Positions 20,079 to 30,562 are shown, numbered from the stretch's first letter. The stretch is 61,460 nucleotides of DNA from Acidimicrobiia bacterium (GCA_041577335.1 JBFGJH010000014.1:1-61460); one strand, 5' to 3'. Program-made: numbers and translations. Notes: a model not told the origin generated them from the sequence alone.

Positions 20079-21863
20079 CTAGCCGTAGATGCTTGTCAAA
20101 GCATCGGCGTATTTCTCCTCAACAACCTTGCGTTTCACCTTCAGCGTCGGAGTCATCTCTCCGCCCTCGATGGTGAAATCGACGGGCAGGATGCGGAACT
20201 CCTTGATCGCCTCGGCCTTGGAAACGGTCTTGTTGGCGTCGTCGATGGCAGCCTGGATAGCCGCCTTGAGATCGGGATCTTCCGTCAACTCGGCGAGCGG
20301 AGCTGTTTTGCCGTTCTGGTCGGCCCACCGGGGGAACTCGTCGGGGTCCACCGTCACCAAGGCTGCGATGAATGGTTGGGCATCCCCCACAACCATGCAT
20401 TGGCTGATGAGTGGATGGGCGCGCATCCGGTCTTCGAGTACCGCAGGGGCGACGTTCTTGCCTCCAGCAGTGACGATGAGTTCCTTCTTGCGGCCGGTGA
20501 TGCGCAAGAACCCATTTTCGTCGAGAGTGCCGATGTCACCCGAGTGGAACCACCCTCCGTCCGTGATTGCTTCAGCGGTCGCTTCGGGGTTGTTCCAATA
20601 GCCGGAGAAGACATGTGGTCCCTTGATGAGAACCTCGCCGTCTTCAGCGATCTTGATCGTGACACCTGGGATCGGCTTGCCGACCGTGCCAACTCGGATC
20701 GAGCCAGGCCGATTCACCGTGGAGGCGGCCGAGGTCTCGGTGAGTCCGTACCCCTCGAGCACCGTCAACCCGATTCCCGAGAAGAAGTACCCGAGGCGTT
20801 CGCCGAGGGCCGCTCCTCCGGAGATGGCATATTCGGCGCGGCCGCCCAGCGTCGTGCGCAGTTTCTGGTAGACGAGGCGATCGAAGATCGTGTGCATTAT
20901 CTTGGTGCCGAGCCCGACCTTGCCCGCCTCGGATTGCTTGGCGAATTCGATCGCGGTGTCGACCGCCCGCCCGAAGATGGCACCTTTCCCGTCGTCTTCC
21001 GCCTTCTTGACGGCTCCGTTGTAGACCTTCTCGAACACTCTGGGCACCGAGAACAGGAACGTCGGCTTCACCATCGCCAACTCTTCGAGCAGGTTGGGGA
21101 TCCCGGTCGAGAACGCGATCTTGACGCCTTGGTTGATTGATCCGACCTGCACGAGGCGCGCGAAGATGTGCGCCAACGGCAGGAACATGAGCGTCGAGCC
21201 TCCCGCCTTGAAGACATCACCGGCCTCGGCGATGGTGTTCTCGACCACGGAAACGAAGTTCTTGTGCGTGAGGTGGCAACCCTTCGGCAACCCGGTGGTG
21301 CCCGACGTATAGACGAGGGTGGCCAGGTCGTCTTGGCTGACCGAGCGGGCCCGTTCCGTCACCTGCTCGTCGGTGATGTCCTTGCCGGCCTGGGTCAGCT
21401 GATCCATCGCCCCGCTGTCGATGATGTAGACCTTCTCACACGTTCCCAGCTCGCCGGCCTTCTCCGCGAAGACCTTGGCGAGGTCGTCGTTGGCGCAGAC
21501 GATGGCGGTAGCTCCTGAATCCTTGACGATCCACTCCACCTGATCGGGCGAGGAAGTCTCATAGATGGTCACGGTGGCCGCGCCGGCTGCCCAAATGGCG
21601 TAGTCGAAATACGTGAATTCGATGCGACTGGGAGCGAAGAGGCATACGCGCTCTCCAGGCTGGATCCCGTCCGCCATGAACCCGGCGGCCAGCCTGCGGA
21701 CGGTGCTCGCCATCTCGGCGGTGGAGACATCGATGAATGTGTCGCCTTTTCGGTACGAAAGCGCCGACCGGTTGGGGTGCTGGCTCTCCGCCTTCCACAA
21801 GCCGTCGGTGACGGTGACCTCCGGATCGATCGTGACCGCCCCGGGACTGGTGAATTCTTGCAT
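20079..21863 (-). CDS. Long-chain fatty acid--CoA ligase (FadD-like)
   Basis: YTSGTTGLPKG, FLPLAHIFAR, EGYGLTET, HSGDIG, ITGRKKELIVTAGGKNVAP; SD AGGAG. Confidence 0.96.
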   Translation of the reverse strand: MQEFTSPGAVTIDPEVTVTDGLWKAESQHPNRSALSYRKGDTFIDVSTAEMASTVRRLAAGFMADGIQPGERVCLFAPSRIEFTYFDYAIWAAGAATVTIYETSSPDQVEWIVKDSGATAIVCANDDLAKVFAEKAGELGTCEKVYIIDSGAMDQLTQAGKDITDEQVTERARSVSQDDLATLVYTSGTTGLPKGCHLTHKNFVSVVENTIAEAGDVFKAGGSTLMFLPLAHIFARLVQVGSINQGVKIAFSTGIPNLLEELAMVKPTFLFSVPRVFEKVYNGAVKKAEDDGKGAIFGRAVDTAIEFAKQSEAGKVGLGTKIMHTIFDRLVYQKLRTTLGGRAEYAISGGAALGERLGYFFSGIGLTVLEGYGLTETSAASTVNRPGSIRVGTVGKPIPGVTIKIAEDGEVLIKGPHVFSGYWNNPEATAEAITDGGWFHSGDIGTLDENGFLRITGRKKELIVTAGGKNVAPAVLEDRMRAHPLISQCMVVGDAQPFIAALVTVDPDEFPRWADQNGKTAPLAELTEDPDLKAAIQAAIDDANKTVSKAEAIKEFRILPVDFTIEGGEMTPTLKVKRKVVEEKYADALTSIYG

Positions 21864-21955
21864 GTTTGCTCCTGCGTATCAGCGTGATGGCTCGAGAGAA
21901 CTGTACCGCACCGAGGGTGGTAGCCGCCGAGTTCGCGGCAAAGTCGTCAGCGACC

Positions 21956-23761
21956 CTATAGGGCGGCGATGATCTCGGCGTACCGATCGAGAACGACGTT
22001 GCGGCGCACCTTCATCGAAGGCGTCAACACGCCCGTTTCGGGCGACCACTCGTCGGTGATGATCTCGAATCGCCGGATCCGCTCAACCTTCGAGACACGA
22101 TCGTTCGTCTCGTCGATGGCCACTTGGATGGCGGCCCGCAAACGCTCGTCCGACGGGTCCACGACCTGTGATCCGGTGAGCACCGTCGCGGTCTCGGGAT
22201 CGGGCACGACGAGCACTCCCAGATTCGGCTTGCGGTCGCCTACCACACAGGCCTCTGCGACGATCGGGTGACGTTTGAGGAGTTGCTCGATGCCCACCGG
22301 AGCGATGTTTTTTCCGGCCGCATTGACGATGATGTCCTTCTTGCGGCCGACGATCGTGACAAATCCGGCGCTGTCGATTTCGGCGAGATCACCCGTGTGG
22401 AGCCAACCAGCGGAGTCGAACACAGCAGCGGTCTCGGCGGGCGCCTGCTCGTAGCCCACGGCCACATTGCCCCCCCGAATCAGCAGCTCCCCGTCGGGGA
22501 GGACTTCTACTTCGACACCGGCGAATGCCCTTCCGACGGAGCCGACTTTGTCGAATCCCGGAAGGTTGGTGGTGGCCGGTCCGGAACATTCGGTCATCCC
22601 ATACAACTCATGCAGCGGGATCCCGACCGCTTGGAAGAAGCGAATGATGTCGGGGTCGATGGGCCCGGCAGTGGTAATCGCCATCACCGCTCGGTCCAGT
22701 CCCAATTCTGATCGGATCTTGCGGAGGACCAGTAGGTCGAGAGCCGCCAGCTCCGCCCGCCGGAGAGTCGAGCCCGCCCCTCTGGCGGCTCCGGCCGAGA
22801 GGGCTCGCTCGGCAAGTGCTCGACGTCGCCGATCGTCCTCGGCGTCCAGTTTGGCTTGGACGCGACGGTATACCTGCTCCCAGATTCGCGGTACTCCCAC
22901 GAATAGGTGGGGGCGAACCTCTTTGACAACTCCCATGACCGCGCCGACGTTCGCACAGTAGGTCACTTCGCCGACCACCCACATGCCGAGGTAGTGCGTC
23001 GCCATTCGTTCAGCGATGTGAGCGAGCGGTAGGTAGGAGACGAATCGCGGCGCTTCAGGCAAGTTGATGGCACGGCTCATCGTCTCGAGCGTCCAGAGAA
23101 CATTGGCCTGGGAAATCACCACGCCCTTGGGCTCCCCCGTGGTGCCCGACGTGTAGATCAGCGTTGCCGTGCTGTCCGGCGTGGTCGTCGCGGCGCGGCG
23201 CTCTACGGATCCCTGACCCTCATTGAGCGCCCAAGCTCCAGCTTCCATCAGCTCGTCCCACGTGCGGACATCGAGGTCCTCGCCCAGCTCGCCATCTGTC
23301 GGATCCAGCACGATCACCGTGCGGAGGTCCGGGAGTTGTCCGCGTGCCGCTCTCCATCTCTCCAGGGTCTCGGGAGAGTCGACGATGGCAACAACGGCCC
23401 GAGAGTGGGCGGCGACATACGCCAGCTGATCGTCGGCCAGTGTCATGTAGACGGTCACAGGAGTGGCTCCGGCGTGCATCGCGCCGAGGTCGGCGAGCAC
23501 ATGCTCTGGGCGGTTGCCCGCCATGATGGCAATACGCTCCCCCGGCTCGACGCCGAGCTCCATGAGGGCGGCGGCCACGATCAGCACGTGATGGCGGTAC
23601 TCAGACCAGGTGTAGCGCCGCCAATCTCCTTGGTCTCGCCAAGCAATCGCTTCGCCGCCGCCGTGCTGGGTGGCGTTTCTGGCAAGAACATCGACCAACG
23701 TCCGGCCATCGACAGCATCGGCGATGGCTCGGCGCTCCAATTCGAGTGAATCACCGATCAC
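21956..23761 (-). CDS. Long-chain fatty acid--CoA ligase (second paralog)
   Basis: YTSGTTGEPKG, YLPLAHIAER, ELYGMTE, HTGDL, GRKKDIIVNAAGKNIAP. GTGA overlap with the upstream stop. Confidence 0.94.
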   Translation of the reverse strand: MIGDSLELERRAIADAVDGRTLVDVLARNATQHGGGEAIAWRDQGDWRRYTWSEYRHHVLIVAAALMELGVEPGERIAIMAGNRPEHVLADLGAMHAGATPVTVYMTLADDQLAYVAAHSRAVVAIVDSPETLERWRAARGQLPDLRTVIVLDPTDGELGEDLDVRTWDELMEAGAWALNEGQGSVERRAATTTPDSTATLIYTSGTTGEPKGVVISQANVLWTLETMSRAINLPEAPRFVSYLPLAHIAERMATHYLGMWVVGEVTYCANVGAVMGVVKEVRPHLFVGVPRIWEQVYRRVQAKLDAEDDRRRRALAERALSAGAARGAGSTLRRAELAALDLLVLRKIRSELGLDRAVMAITTAGPIDPDIIRFFQAVGIPLHELYGMTECSGPATTNLPGFDKVGSVGRAFAGVEVEVLPDGELLIRGGNVAVGYEQAPAETAAVFDSAGWLHTGDLAEIDSAGFVTIVGRKKDIIVNAAGKNIAPVGIEQLLKRHPIVAEACVVGDRKPNLGVLVVPDPETATVLTGSQVVDPSDERLRAAIQVAIDETNDRVSKVERIRRFEIITDEWSPETGVLTPSMKVRRNVVLDRYAEIIAAL

Positions 23762-24903
23762 CTGATAACTCCTTCCGCCCTCAGGGCCTCGAGCTCGTCG
23801 CCCGACCAACCCAACGCGGTCAGGACTTCGTCAGTATGCGAACCGGGCGGATAGGCCCGGTCCGGGATCGCCGGCGGTGTGCGGACGAATCTCGGGGCTG
23901 GCGCCGGTTGGCGTAGCCCGGCCACTTCGAGAAACGTACCTCGTTCCACGTTGTGGGGATCCTCATGGGCATTGTCGAAGTCGAGAACCGGCGCAACACA
24001 GGCGTCCAATCCGTCGAAAGCAGCAACCCACTCGGCCTGGGTACGCTCTCGAAACCGGCCGGCAAACACCGTTCGCATCTCTGGCCATCCGGCTCGGGAG
24101 TATTGGTCGCCAATGGCACTTGCGTCGAGTCCCAACCCGGTCAGCAGGTCGGCGAAGAACTGCGGTTCGAGGGCTCCGACCGCGAGGAAGAGCTCATCTT
24201 TCGTGCGGTACGTCGAGTAGAACGGAGCGCCGCCGTCGAGCAGATTGTCGCCTCGATCACCATCCCAAAGGCCACCATGCTTCAAGGCGTATTGCATCGT
24301 CGACAAGAGCGCAGAACCATCGACCATCGCCGCGTCGACGACTTGCCCGAGGCCCGATGTCTGCGCTTCCAGCAAGGCTGCCAGGAGCCCGAATGCCAGC
24401 AGCATGCCGCCTCCACCAAAATCACCGACCAGGTTGAGGGGCGGCACGGGATTGGCATCGCGGGGGCCAACCGCTCCCAGCACCCCGCTCAAGGCGATGT
24501 AGTCGATGTCGTGTCCGGCTTGCTTGGCTCGTGGCCCGGTCTGTCCCCACCCGGTCATTCGCCCATAGACCAACCTGGGATTCCGAGCGAGTGCCTGCTC
24601 GGGACCGATGCCAAGCCGTTCAGCAACACCCGGGCGAAACCCTTCGATGAGCCCGTCGGCGCTTTCTGCCATCTGGAGCACCACCTCGGCGCCCCGGGGG
24701 TGCTTCAGGTCGACGCCAACCGAACGACGTCCCCGATTGAGAACGTCTGACGAGGCGCTCCGGTCGGCAACCGCCCGGACTCGTGAGGCGCGGTCCACAC
24801 GGATCACCGTCGCTCCCATGTCGGCCAGCATCATGGCGCAAAAGGGAGCCGGGCCAAGGCCGGCGATCTCGAGGAATGTGAAGTCTCGGAGCGGGCCCGT
24901 CAA
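23758..24903 (-). CDS. CaiB/BaiF family III CoA-transferase, alpha-methylacyl-CoA racemase-like
   Basis: GLGPAPFCAMMLADMG, EGFRPGVAERLG, GHDIDY, NLVGDFGGGG, LLDGGAPFY. Confidence 0.94.
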   Translation of the reverse strand: MTGPLRDFTFLEIAGLGPAPFCAMMLADMGATVIRVDRASRVRAVADRSASSDVLNRGRRSVGVDLKHPRGAEVVLQMAESADGLIEGFRPGVAERLGIGPEQALARNPRLVYGRMTGWGQTGPRAKQAGHDIDYIALSGVLGAVGPRDANPVPPLNLVGDFGGGGMLLAFGLLAALLEAQTSGLGQVVDAAMVDGSALLSTMQYALKHGGLWDGDRGDNLLDGGAPFYSTYRTKDELFLAVGALEPQFFADLLTGLGLDASAIGDQYSRAGWPEMRTVFAGRFRERTQAEWVAAFDGLDACVAPVLDFDNAHEDPHNVERGTFLEVAGLRQPAPAPRFVRTPPAIPDRAYPPGSHTDEVLTALGWSGDELEALRAEGVIR

Positions 24904-25712
24904 TCGCCCCCACCTACCCTGGCGCCCGCCCGGTCGAGCCGCGCCGCGCGACGAGCCAGAATGTCCCGCTGCTCAGAGTGGGTGAGCACATACAGCTCGT
25001 TCTCCTGGATGGCTGCGACGACGCGGCCGGCTACCTCATCCGCCGATACGACCCCACCAACGAGCGGCCCAGGATCCGTCACCGGATGATCACCGGGATT
25101 CCGAAGCTCGGGCGGTCGCATGGACGCCGAATGCTCGTTGATGGGCGTGTCGACCACCATGGGGCACACGATGGTCACTCCGATTCCGGCAGGCTCCAGC
25201 TCGCGGGCGAGAGATTCGGACAAGCCCACTACTGCGAATTTCGACGCGCAGTACACCCCGAGGTATCCCATCCCGACCAGCCCGGACATGGAGGCAGTGT
25301 TGACGAAATGGCCCCCACCACGCGAGAGCATCAAGGGTAGAAACGCCTCGATGCCGTTGACCACACCCCAGAAGTTCACCCCCATCGTGAATTCCCAATC
25401 TGCCCGAGTTGCCTGGCTGATTGGCCCGAAAGTTGCCACACCGGCGTTGTTACAAACGATGTCTGCGCCGCCGTGGAGCTCGACGACCCGATCGGCTAGT
25501 TCACGAACAGCGTCGCGATCGGTGACATCGACGACAACTCCCGCAACGTCGTGACCCTCCTCGGTGAGCGACTCGGCGGCCTCGGCGAGTCGGGCGGAGT
25601 CCAGGTCGGCCAGGACGATCCGGGCACCTCTCTGCCCGAGCGCTTGCGCCAACGCGTATCCAATCCCACTGGCTCCGCCCGTGACGATGGCAACTTTGTC
25701 CGCGATGTCCAT
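24900..25712 (-). CDS. SDR family oxidoreductase
   Basis: TGGASGIG, NNAGV, NTASMSG, YCASK. Confidence 0.95.
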   Translation of the reverse strand: MDIADKVAIVTGGASGIGYALAQALGQRGARIVLADLDSARLAEAAESLTEEGHDVAGVVVDVTDRDAVRELADRVVELHGGADIVCNNAGVATFGPISQATRADWEFTMGVNFWGVVNGIEAFLPLMLSRGGGHFVNTASMSGLVGMGYLGVYCASKFAVVGLSESLARELEPAGIGVTIVCPMVVDTPINEHSASMRPPELRNPGDHPVTDPGPLVGGVVSADEVAGRVVAAIQENELYVLTHSEQRDILARRAARLDRAGARVGGGD

Positions 25713-25748
25713 CTGAGCCAGTCTGGCACCGAAACGACTCGAGTGCGG

Positions 25749-26900
25749 TCAGCCCATTGCGTCGCCGGCGAGTTGTGACTCGTCGACTGGATGCTCAGCG
25801 AAGTACGCCGATATGAAAGCCTGGATGATCGCCGCGGTTGGAAGGGCGATGAGCGCTCCGAGCGCGCCAAGCACCGAGATGCCGGCGATGGCGGCTCCGA
25901 AACCAACGGCTGGGTGAAGCGACATGGTCCGCGAGGTGACCCGTGGAGCCAAGAGCAGATTTTCGACCTGCTGATACGCGACCAGCACGATCAGTACCCA
26001 CAGGGCCTTGATGGGCGCGTCGACGAACGCCACGAACAGCGGAACAATCGAAGCGATGTATGTGCCGACGGCGGGAATGAACTGACTGATGACGCCAACC
26101 CAAACGCCGAGCGCCAACGCATCGGGAACGCCGATGAGGACGAAAGCGACGAACGAGAAAACCGCTGAAAAGGTCGCCAGGACGAGCCGCGAGGCGACGT
26201 AGCCGCCGGTCTTTTCGATTGCGATGTTCCACATTCGGGCAATCTCGACCTGGCGGTCCGGAGGGAAGAGGGAAAAGACCCGCCGGCGCAGTTTGGGGCC
26301 ATCGGCAAGCAGGAAAAAGGTGAACAGAGCGACCGTCAACGCTGAGATGACAACTCGTCCGACGCCAGAGAACACACCGGTGACACCCGAGGTCAGCGTC
26401 GGCAAATTGTCGGTGATGAAGGCCTGAAGGTCTCCGACCTGCTGCGAGAGTGCCTCCAACGACAGCTCCTGGCCGATGAGCTCTTCCAGCTGCGGCCCAT
26501 ATTCGAGCACGAGGTCGGGAACGCGGTCACCCACGGCCTGCACTTGGCGGACGATGGGCGGCAGCATGATCGCGAAGAAACCGACGGCCATCAGCACGGC
26601 GCCGATGAATACGACGGTTGTCGCCGCTGACCGTTTCCAGCCTTTCCTTGCCAGGAAAGCCACGGCCGGCTCGAGCGCGAACGACAGAAACAGCGCTGCA
26701 AGCAGATTGATGAGCAGTGCAGAGATCTGCCCGATGAGCCACAGAGTGGCAAGGGTCGCCAGCACGACCAACACGGTCCGGATGAGGAGACCAGGGATCC
26801 ATCCTGGCATTTGGTCGCGCTCTGGCTTGGTGTCCTCCACGAGGCGCGACGATATCAGGTCAGGTCTCCGATAGGCAGCTTCACGGCGGAGATCAGCCAA
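25749..26900 (-). CDS. AI-2E (PerM) family transporter
   Basis: FLSFALEPAV, FLLADG, SQFIPAVG, YQQVENLLLAPRV, LHP...GALIALP. Start uncertain (TTG 26900 or ATG 26810). Confidence 0.92.
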   Translation of the reverse strand: MADLRREAAYRRPDLISSRLVEDTKPERDQMPGWIPGLLIRTVLVVLATLATLWLIGQISALLINLLAALFLSFALEPAVAFLARKGWKRSAATTVVFIGAVLMAVGFFAIMLPPIVRQVQAVGDRVPDLVLEYGPQLEELIGQELSLEALSQQVGDLQAFITDNLPTLTSGVTGVFSGVGRVVISALTVALFTFFLLADGPKLRRRVFSLFPPDRQVEIARMWNIAIEKTGGYVASRLVLATFSAVFSFVAFVLIGVPDALALGVWVGVISQFIPAVGTYIASIVPLFVAFVDAPIKALWVLIVLVAYQQVENLLLAPRVTSRTMSLHPAVGFGAAIAGISVLGALGALIALPTAAIIQAFISAYFAEHPVDESQLAGDAMG

Positions 26901-26906
26901 GCCAAC

Positions 26907-27782
26907 TCAGCGTTCGATGGGGGCCCCGACGAGATTGCCCCACTCAGTCCACGAGCCGTCGTAGTTCTTCACTTGCTGGTACCCGAGCAAGTGGGTCAGA
27001 ACGAACCAGGTATGCGACGACCGTTCTCCGATCCGACAATACGTGATGACGTCGTCAGTTGGTAGGAACCCGAGTTCGCCTTCGTAGATCGCTTTCAGGT
27101 CGGAGACGGATTTGAATGTGCCGTCGTCGTTGGATGCTCGCTTCCACGGCACGTTGTGGGCGGTTGGGATATGCCCGCCACGCAGGGCGCCCTCCTGGGG
27201 ATAGTCGGGCATATGGAGCTTCTCACCGCTGAATTCCTCGGGCGAGCGAACGTCGACGAGCGATCCGCCGTTCTCGAGGTGAGTCATCACATCGTCACGA
27301 AACGCCCGAATGGCGAAATCGTCACGGACCGGCGTGGGATATATCGTCGGCGCCCGTTCGGGGGTGGCGGTTTCGATTGGTCTCCCCTCCGCGATCCATT
27401 TCATCCTGCCGCCGTTCATGAGCCTCGTGTCGCGATGTCCGAACAGCGTGAAGACCCAGAGGGCATAGGCCGCCCACCAGTTGAAGTTGTCGCCGTAGAA
27501 CACAACCGTATGATCGGGCGAGATCCCCTTCGCGCCCAGCATCGCCGCAAAACGGTCTGCATCGAGGTAGTCCCTGATGACCGGGTCATTGAGGTCGTCG
27601 TGCCAGTCGACTTTCACTGCGCCGGGAATATGCCCCGTGTGATACAACAGCACATCCTCGTCTGACTCGATGACGACAACGTCGGGGTCGTCCAGGTGGG
27701 CCGCCACCCACTCGGTCGAGACGAGCTTCTCGGGATGGGAGTAGTTGGCGTGCTCAGCGGCAGAATCAACTTCGACAGGCAT
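26907..27782 (-). CDS. sseA: Thiosulfate/3-mercaptopyruvate sulfurtransferase (tandem rhodanese)
   Basis: [29 protein letters not shown] active-site loop, [17 protein letters not shown] before ATG 27782. Confidence 0.94.
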   Translation of the reverse strand: MPVEVDSAAEHANYSHPEKLVSTEWVAAHLDDPDVVVIESDEDVLLYHTGHIPGAVKVDWHDDLNDPVIRDYLDADRFAAMLGAKGISPDHTVVFYGDNFNWWAAYALWVFTLFGHRDTRLMNGGRMKWIAEGRPIETATPERAPTIYPTPVRDDFAIRAFRDDVMTHLENGGSLVDVRSPEEFSGEKLHMPDYPQEGALRGGHIPTAHNVPWKRASNDDGTFKSVSDLKAIYEGELGFLPTDDVITYCRIGERSSHTWFVLTHLLGYQQVKNYDGSWTEWGNLVGAPIER

Positions 27783-27842
27783 GTGAGGGCTCCTTGGGTT
27801 GATGTGAATAGTACCGAACAAGCGACGGCTACTCTTTCGACT

Positions 27843-28271
27843 ATGGCGCTCCCAGAACGACTCCAGCGCATCGTCGACCTCTTCTCGTCGGCACCGAAAG
27901 ACATCCGCATCCAGGCCCTCTTGGACTACTCGAATCGCGTACCGCCTCTTCCTGCCCGCCTCGCGGACGACCGAGCCAGCCTCGAACAGGTGCATGAGTG
28001 TCAGACTCCATTCTTCCTCCTGACCGAGGTTGCCGATGACGGCGCAGTAACGATTCACTTCGACTGTCCGCCGGAGTCCCCGACAGTTCGCGGTTACGCC
28101 GGAATCCTGGCGGAGGGGCTCAATGGCGAGTCGGTGGAAACAATCCTGTCGGTGCCCGACGATTTCTACCGTGGGATCGGGCTCGAAGAGGTCGTCACGC
28201 CGCAGCGCCTGCGCGGCATGGGTGCCATCATCGCTCGCATGAAACGCCAGCTCCAGGAGCGCGCCGCCTGA
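27843..28271 (+). CDS. sufE: SufE family sulfur acceptor protein
   Basis: [26 protein letters not shown]. Confidence 0.92.
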   Translation: MALPERLQRIVDLFSSAPKDIRIQALLDYSNRVPPLPARLADDRASLEQVHECQTPFFLLTEVADDGAVTIHFDCPPESPTVRGYAGILAEGLNGESVETILSVPDDFYRGIGLEEVVTPQRLRGMGAIIARMKRQLQERAA

Positions 28272-28320
28272 TCCAAGGCGGCGTTGATCGAGTACTCCCG
28301 CTGTGGTCAACTGATCTGTC

Positions 28321-29121
28321 ATGAGTGATCGATCGCGACGCATTGCAGTATTCGATTCTGGTCTCGGCGGCTTGTCGGTCCTACTCCATCTGCGCCGGCT
28401 CCTGCCTCGGGCGGAGTTCGTCTATCTGGCCGACCAGGCACGCGCCCCGTATGGCGATCGCACCCAGTCGGAGGTGCTTGCTTTTTCGGCCCAAGTCGTC
28501 GCCCACCTGACGGGCGACGGATGTGGTGCCGTTGTGGTGGCATGCAACACCGCCTCGAGCGTCGCATTGGAGCCCCTCAGGTCCATGTTTCCAGCGACTC
28601 CCATCGTCGGGATGGAACCGGCGGTGAAGCCGGCTGCGGCATCCACGAGCTCAGGGATCGTAGGTGTGCTGGCGACGACGCGCACGGTCGAGGGCGAGCG
28701 ACTGGCTCGGCTCATCGCCGCACATGCAGGGGGTGTGAAGGTGATCAGTCAAGCCTGTCCGGGTCTGGTCGAGCTGGTCGAGGATGGGCTCGTCGACACG
28801 CCCGAGACCCGCGCGATTGTCCGGCAATACGTCCAGCCCCTGATCGAGCGTGGCGCGGACACGCTCGTGCTGGGTTGTACGCACTACTCGTTTCTCGAGG
28901 CCCTCATTCGTGAAGAAGCCGGCGCGCACGTGACCATCATCGACCCGGCGGAGGCGGTCGCCCGCCGGACGGCGTCCGTAGTCGGAACAGGCCCAGATGA
29001 GGCAACGGTTCGCTTCGAGACGACTGGCGATCCGGTGCGCCTGCGCAGGCAACTGACTGAGCTGCTTGGGTCGGCCTACCCGACGTTCGGGGTCGACCTC
29101 ACGAACGTTGCTGCTCCCTGA
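28321..29121 (+). CDS. murI: Glutamate racemase
   Basis: [29 protein letters not shown]. Confidence 0.97.
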   Translation: MSDRSRRIAVFDSGLGGLSVLLHLRRLLPRAEFVYLADQARAPYGDRTQSEVLAFSAQVVAHLTGDGCGAVVVACNTASSVALEPLRSMFPATPIVGMEPAVKPAAASTSSGIVGVLATTRTVEGERLARLIAAHAGGVKVISQACPGLVELVEDGLVDTPETRAIVRQYVQPLIERGADTLVLGCTHYSFLEALIREEAGAHVTIIDPAEAVARRTASVVGTGPDEATVRFETTGDPVRLRRQLTELLGSAYPTFGVDLTNVAAP

Positions 29122-29410
29122 GAAAGTCGATCACGAGATCTATCTGCTCATCGGAGAGCGATGAGCCGAATGACGGCATCCGGCCCCGGCCCCGCGAGAT
29201 CGTTTGCTGGTAATACGCGTCCGTGTTGGCTGCTGCGTCGCTCCCGGCGTCGAGTGCCGGCCCGACACCGCCGCCGAGTTGTGACCCGTGGCATCGGGCA
29301 CACACCAACTCATATATTTCGGTTCCCGATGCGTCATCGGGAACCTGCGTGCCACATGCCGAGACCAGCATCAAGGTGGCGGCGAGCATCATGAAGAGAA
29401 GTGGGCGCAC
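29099..29410 (-). CDS. Monoheme c-type cytochrome lipoprotein
   Basis: Lipobox VSAC, CARCH heme motif, GGGVGPAL, distal GRMPSF. Overlaps the murI 3' end by 23 nt. Confidence 0.9.
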   Translation of the reverse strand: MRPLLFMMLAATLMLVSACGTQVPDDASGTEIYELVCARCHGSQLGGGVGPALDAGSDAAANTDAYYQQTISRGRGRMPSFGSSLSDEQIDLVIDFLREQQRS

Positions 29411-29461
29411 CGCGACAGATTAGATCCGCAACCGGGGAGTGCCGCCTACCATTCCGGGCCT

Positions 29462-30409
29462 ATGAGCGAACGTCAGCACCGCCTCAAACCCGTTCGGGTC
29501 ATTCTCACCGGCTTCGCCATGGGAACGGCCGATCTGGTTCCCGGAGTCTCGGGGGGAACGGTTGCACTCGTGGGCGGCATCTACGACCGCCTGTTGTCGG
29601 CCATCAACTCGATCAACCGGATGTCGCTTGCGGCGCTGTTCACGGGTCGCTGGGGGCTGGTGCGGAGCGAGGTCGATTTTGGATTCATCGTTCCGCTGGC
29701 CATCGGTCTTCTGGCGGCGATCGTTTCCCTCGCCGAACCGCTCGGGCGCTTGCTCGAGAGCGAGGACGGTCGGGTCCTGCTCTTTTCGTTCTTCTTCGGC
29801 CTCGTCGTCGGATCCGTTATCGCCGTCGGTCGGAACGTTCGCTGGGTGCTCCGCTCGACCCTGTTGGCAGGCGGGGCAGCGATCGGCGCGTTCTTTGTTG
29901 TGCAGCTCGCTCCGGTGACAGGGCCCTCGGGTCTCGTTGCCCTCTTCGCTGCGGGCTTCGTCGCGGCTTGTGCGATGGTCTTGCCTGGTATCTCCGGCTC
30001 CTTCATCCTCCTCATCATCGGCCAGTACGAGCGTGTCCTCGGTGCGGTACGAGACCGAGATCTGGTTGTGGTTGGGACGGTCGCCGTAGGCGCGGTCGTG
30101 GGTGTCTTGACCTTCGCGCGGTTGCTGCAATTCGTCCTCGTCCGATTCCGCAACGGCACCCTGGCCGTGTTGAGCGGATTCATGGCAGGGTCGTTGTGGA
30201 AAATCTGGCCATGGAGAGAGTGCCTCGAGGAGCAGGTCATCGCTGGTGAACAACGCTGCTTGGTCGAGTCGCTGCAGGCGCCCGAAGCAATCGCCGCTCC
30301 CCTGGCCTTGGCCGTAGCCGGCTTGGTGCTCGTGATCGCGTTCTCCCTCTGGGAGAGGCGACAGCCACGGAGCGAGGTGACCCTTGCAGGATCGGAAAGC
30401 ACTGCATAA
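29462..30409 (+). CDS. DUF368 family membrane protein
   Basis: GFAMGTADLVPGVSGGTVAL and repeated CAMVLPGISGSFILL. Confidence 0.92.
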   Translation: MSERQHRLKPVRVILTGFAMGTADLVPGVSGGTVALVGGIYDRLLSAINSINRMSLAALFTGRWGLVRSEVDFGFIVPLAIGLLAAIVSLAEPLGRLLESEDGRVLLFSFFFGLVVGSVIAVGRNVRWVLRSTLLAGGAAIGAFFVVQLAPVTGPSGLVALFAAGFVAACAMVLPGISGSFILLIIGQYERVLGAVRDRDLVVVGTVAVGAVVGVLTFARLLQFVLVRFRNGTLAVLSGFMAGSLWKIWPWRECLEEQVIAGEQRCLVESLQAPEAIAAPLALAVAGLVLVIAFSLWERRQPRSEVTLAGSESTA

Positions 30410-30418
30410 CATATACGT

Positions 30419-30548
30419 AGTGGTCCGCTCACCTGCGCGAGCGGATCCTCCCCCCCGAAGGGTCTGGAGAGAACACGGGTCTACCCCGGCGCCGTACTCG
30501 AACGACCCTCTTGTGAGATCCGGCCTTCGGGCCGGATCTCACCCTTTT
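30419..30548 (+). ncRNA. Candidate structured small RNA (hairpin, C-rich linker, long hairpin, terminator)
   Basis: TAACAT -10-like box at 30407-30412; stem GGTCCGCTC/GAGCGGATC (30422-30447); CTCCCCCCC tract; AGGGTC/GACCCT-closed hairpin (30459-30509); terminator. No convincing ORF. Confidence 0.55.
30513..30548 (+). terminator. Intrinsic terminator (possibly bidirectional)
   Basis: Perfect 13-bp stem GTGAGATCCGGCC / GGCCGGATCTCAC with TTCG loop, followed by CCTTTT; lies between convergent genes. Confidence 0.88.
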
Positions 30549-30562
30549 GGGCGCCGATGGGT

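Noticed and set aside
30408..30423. ACATATACGTAGTG as an NrdR box
   Set aside because: Several mismatches to the consensus, single copy, and no ribonucleotide reductase gene nearby.
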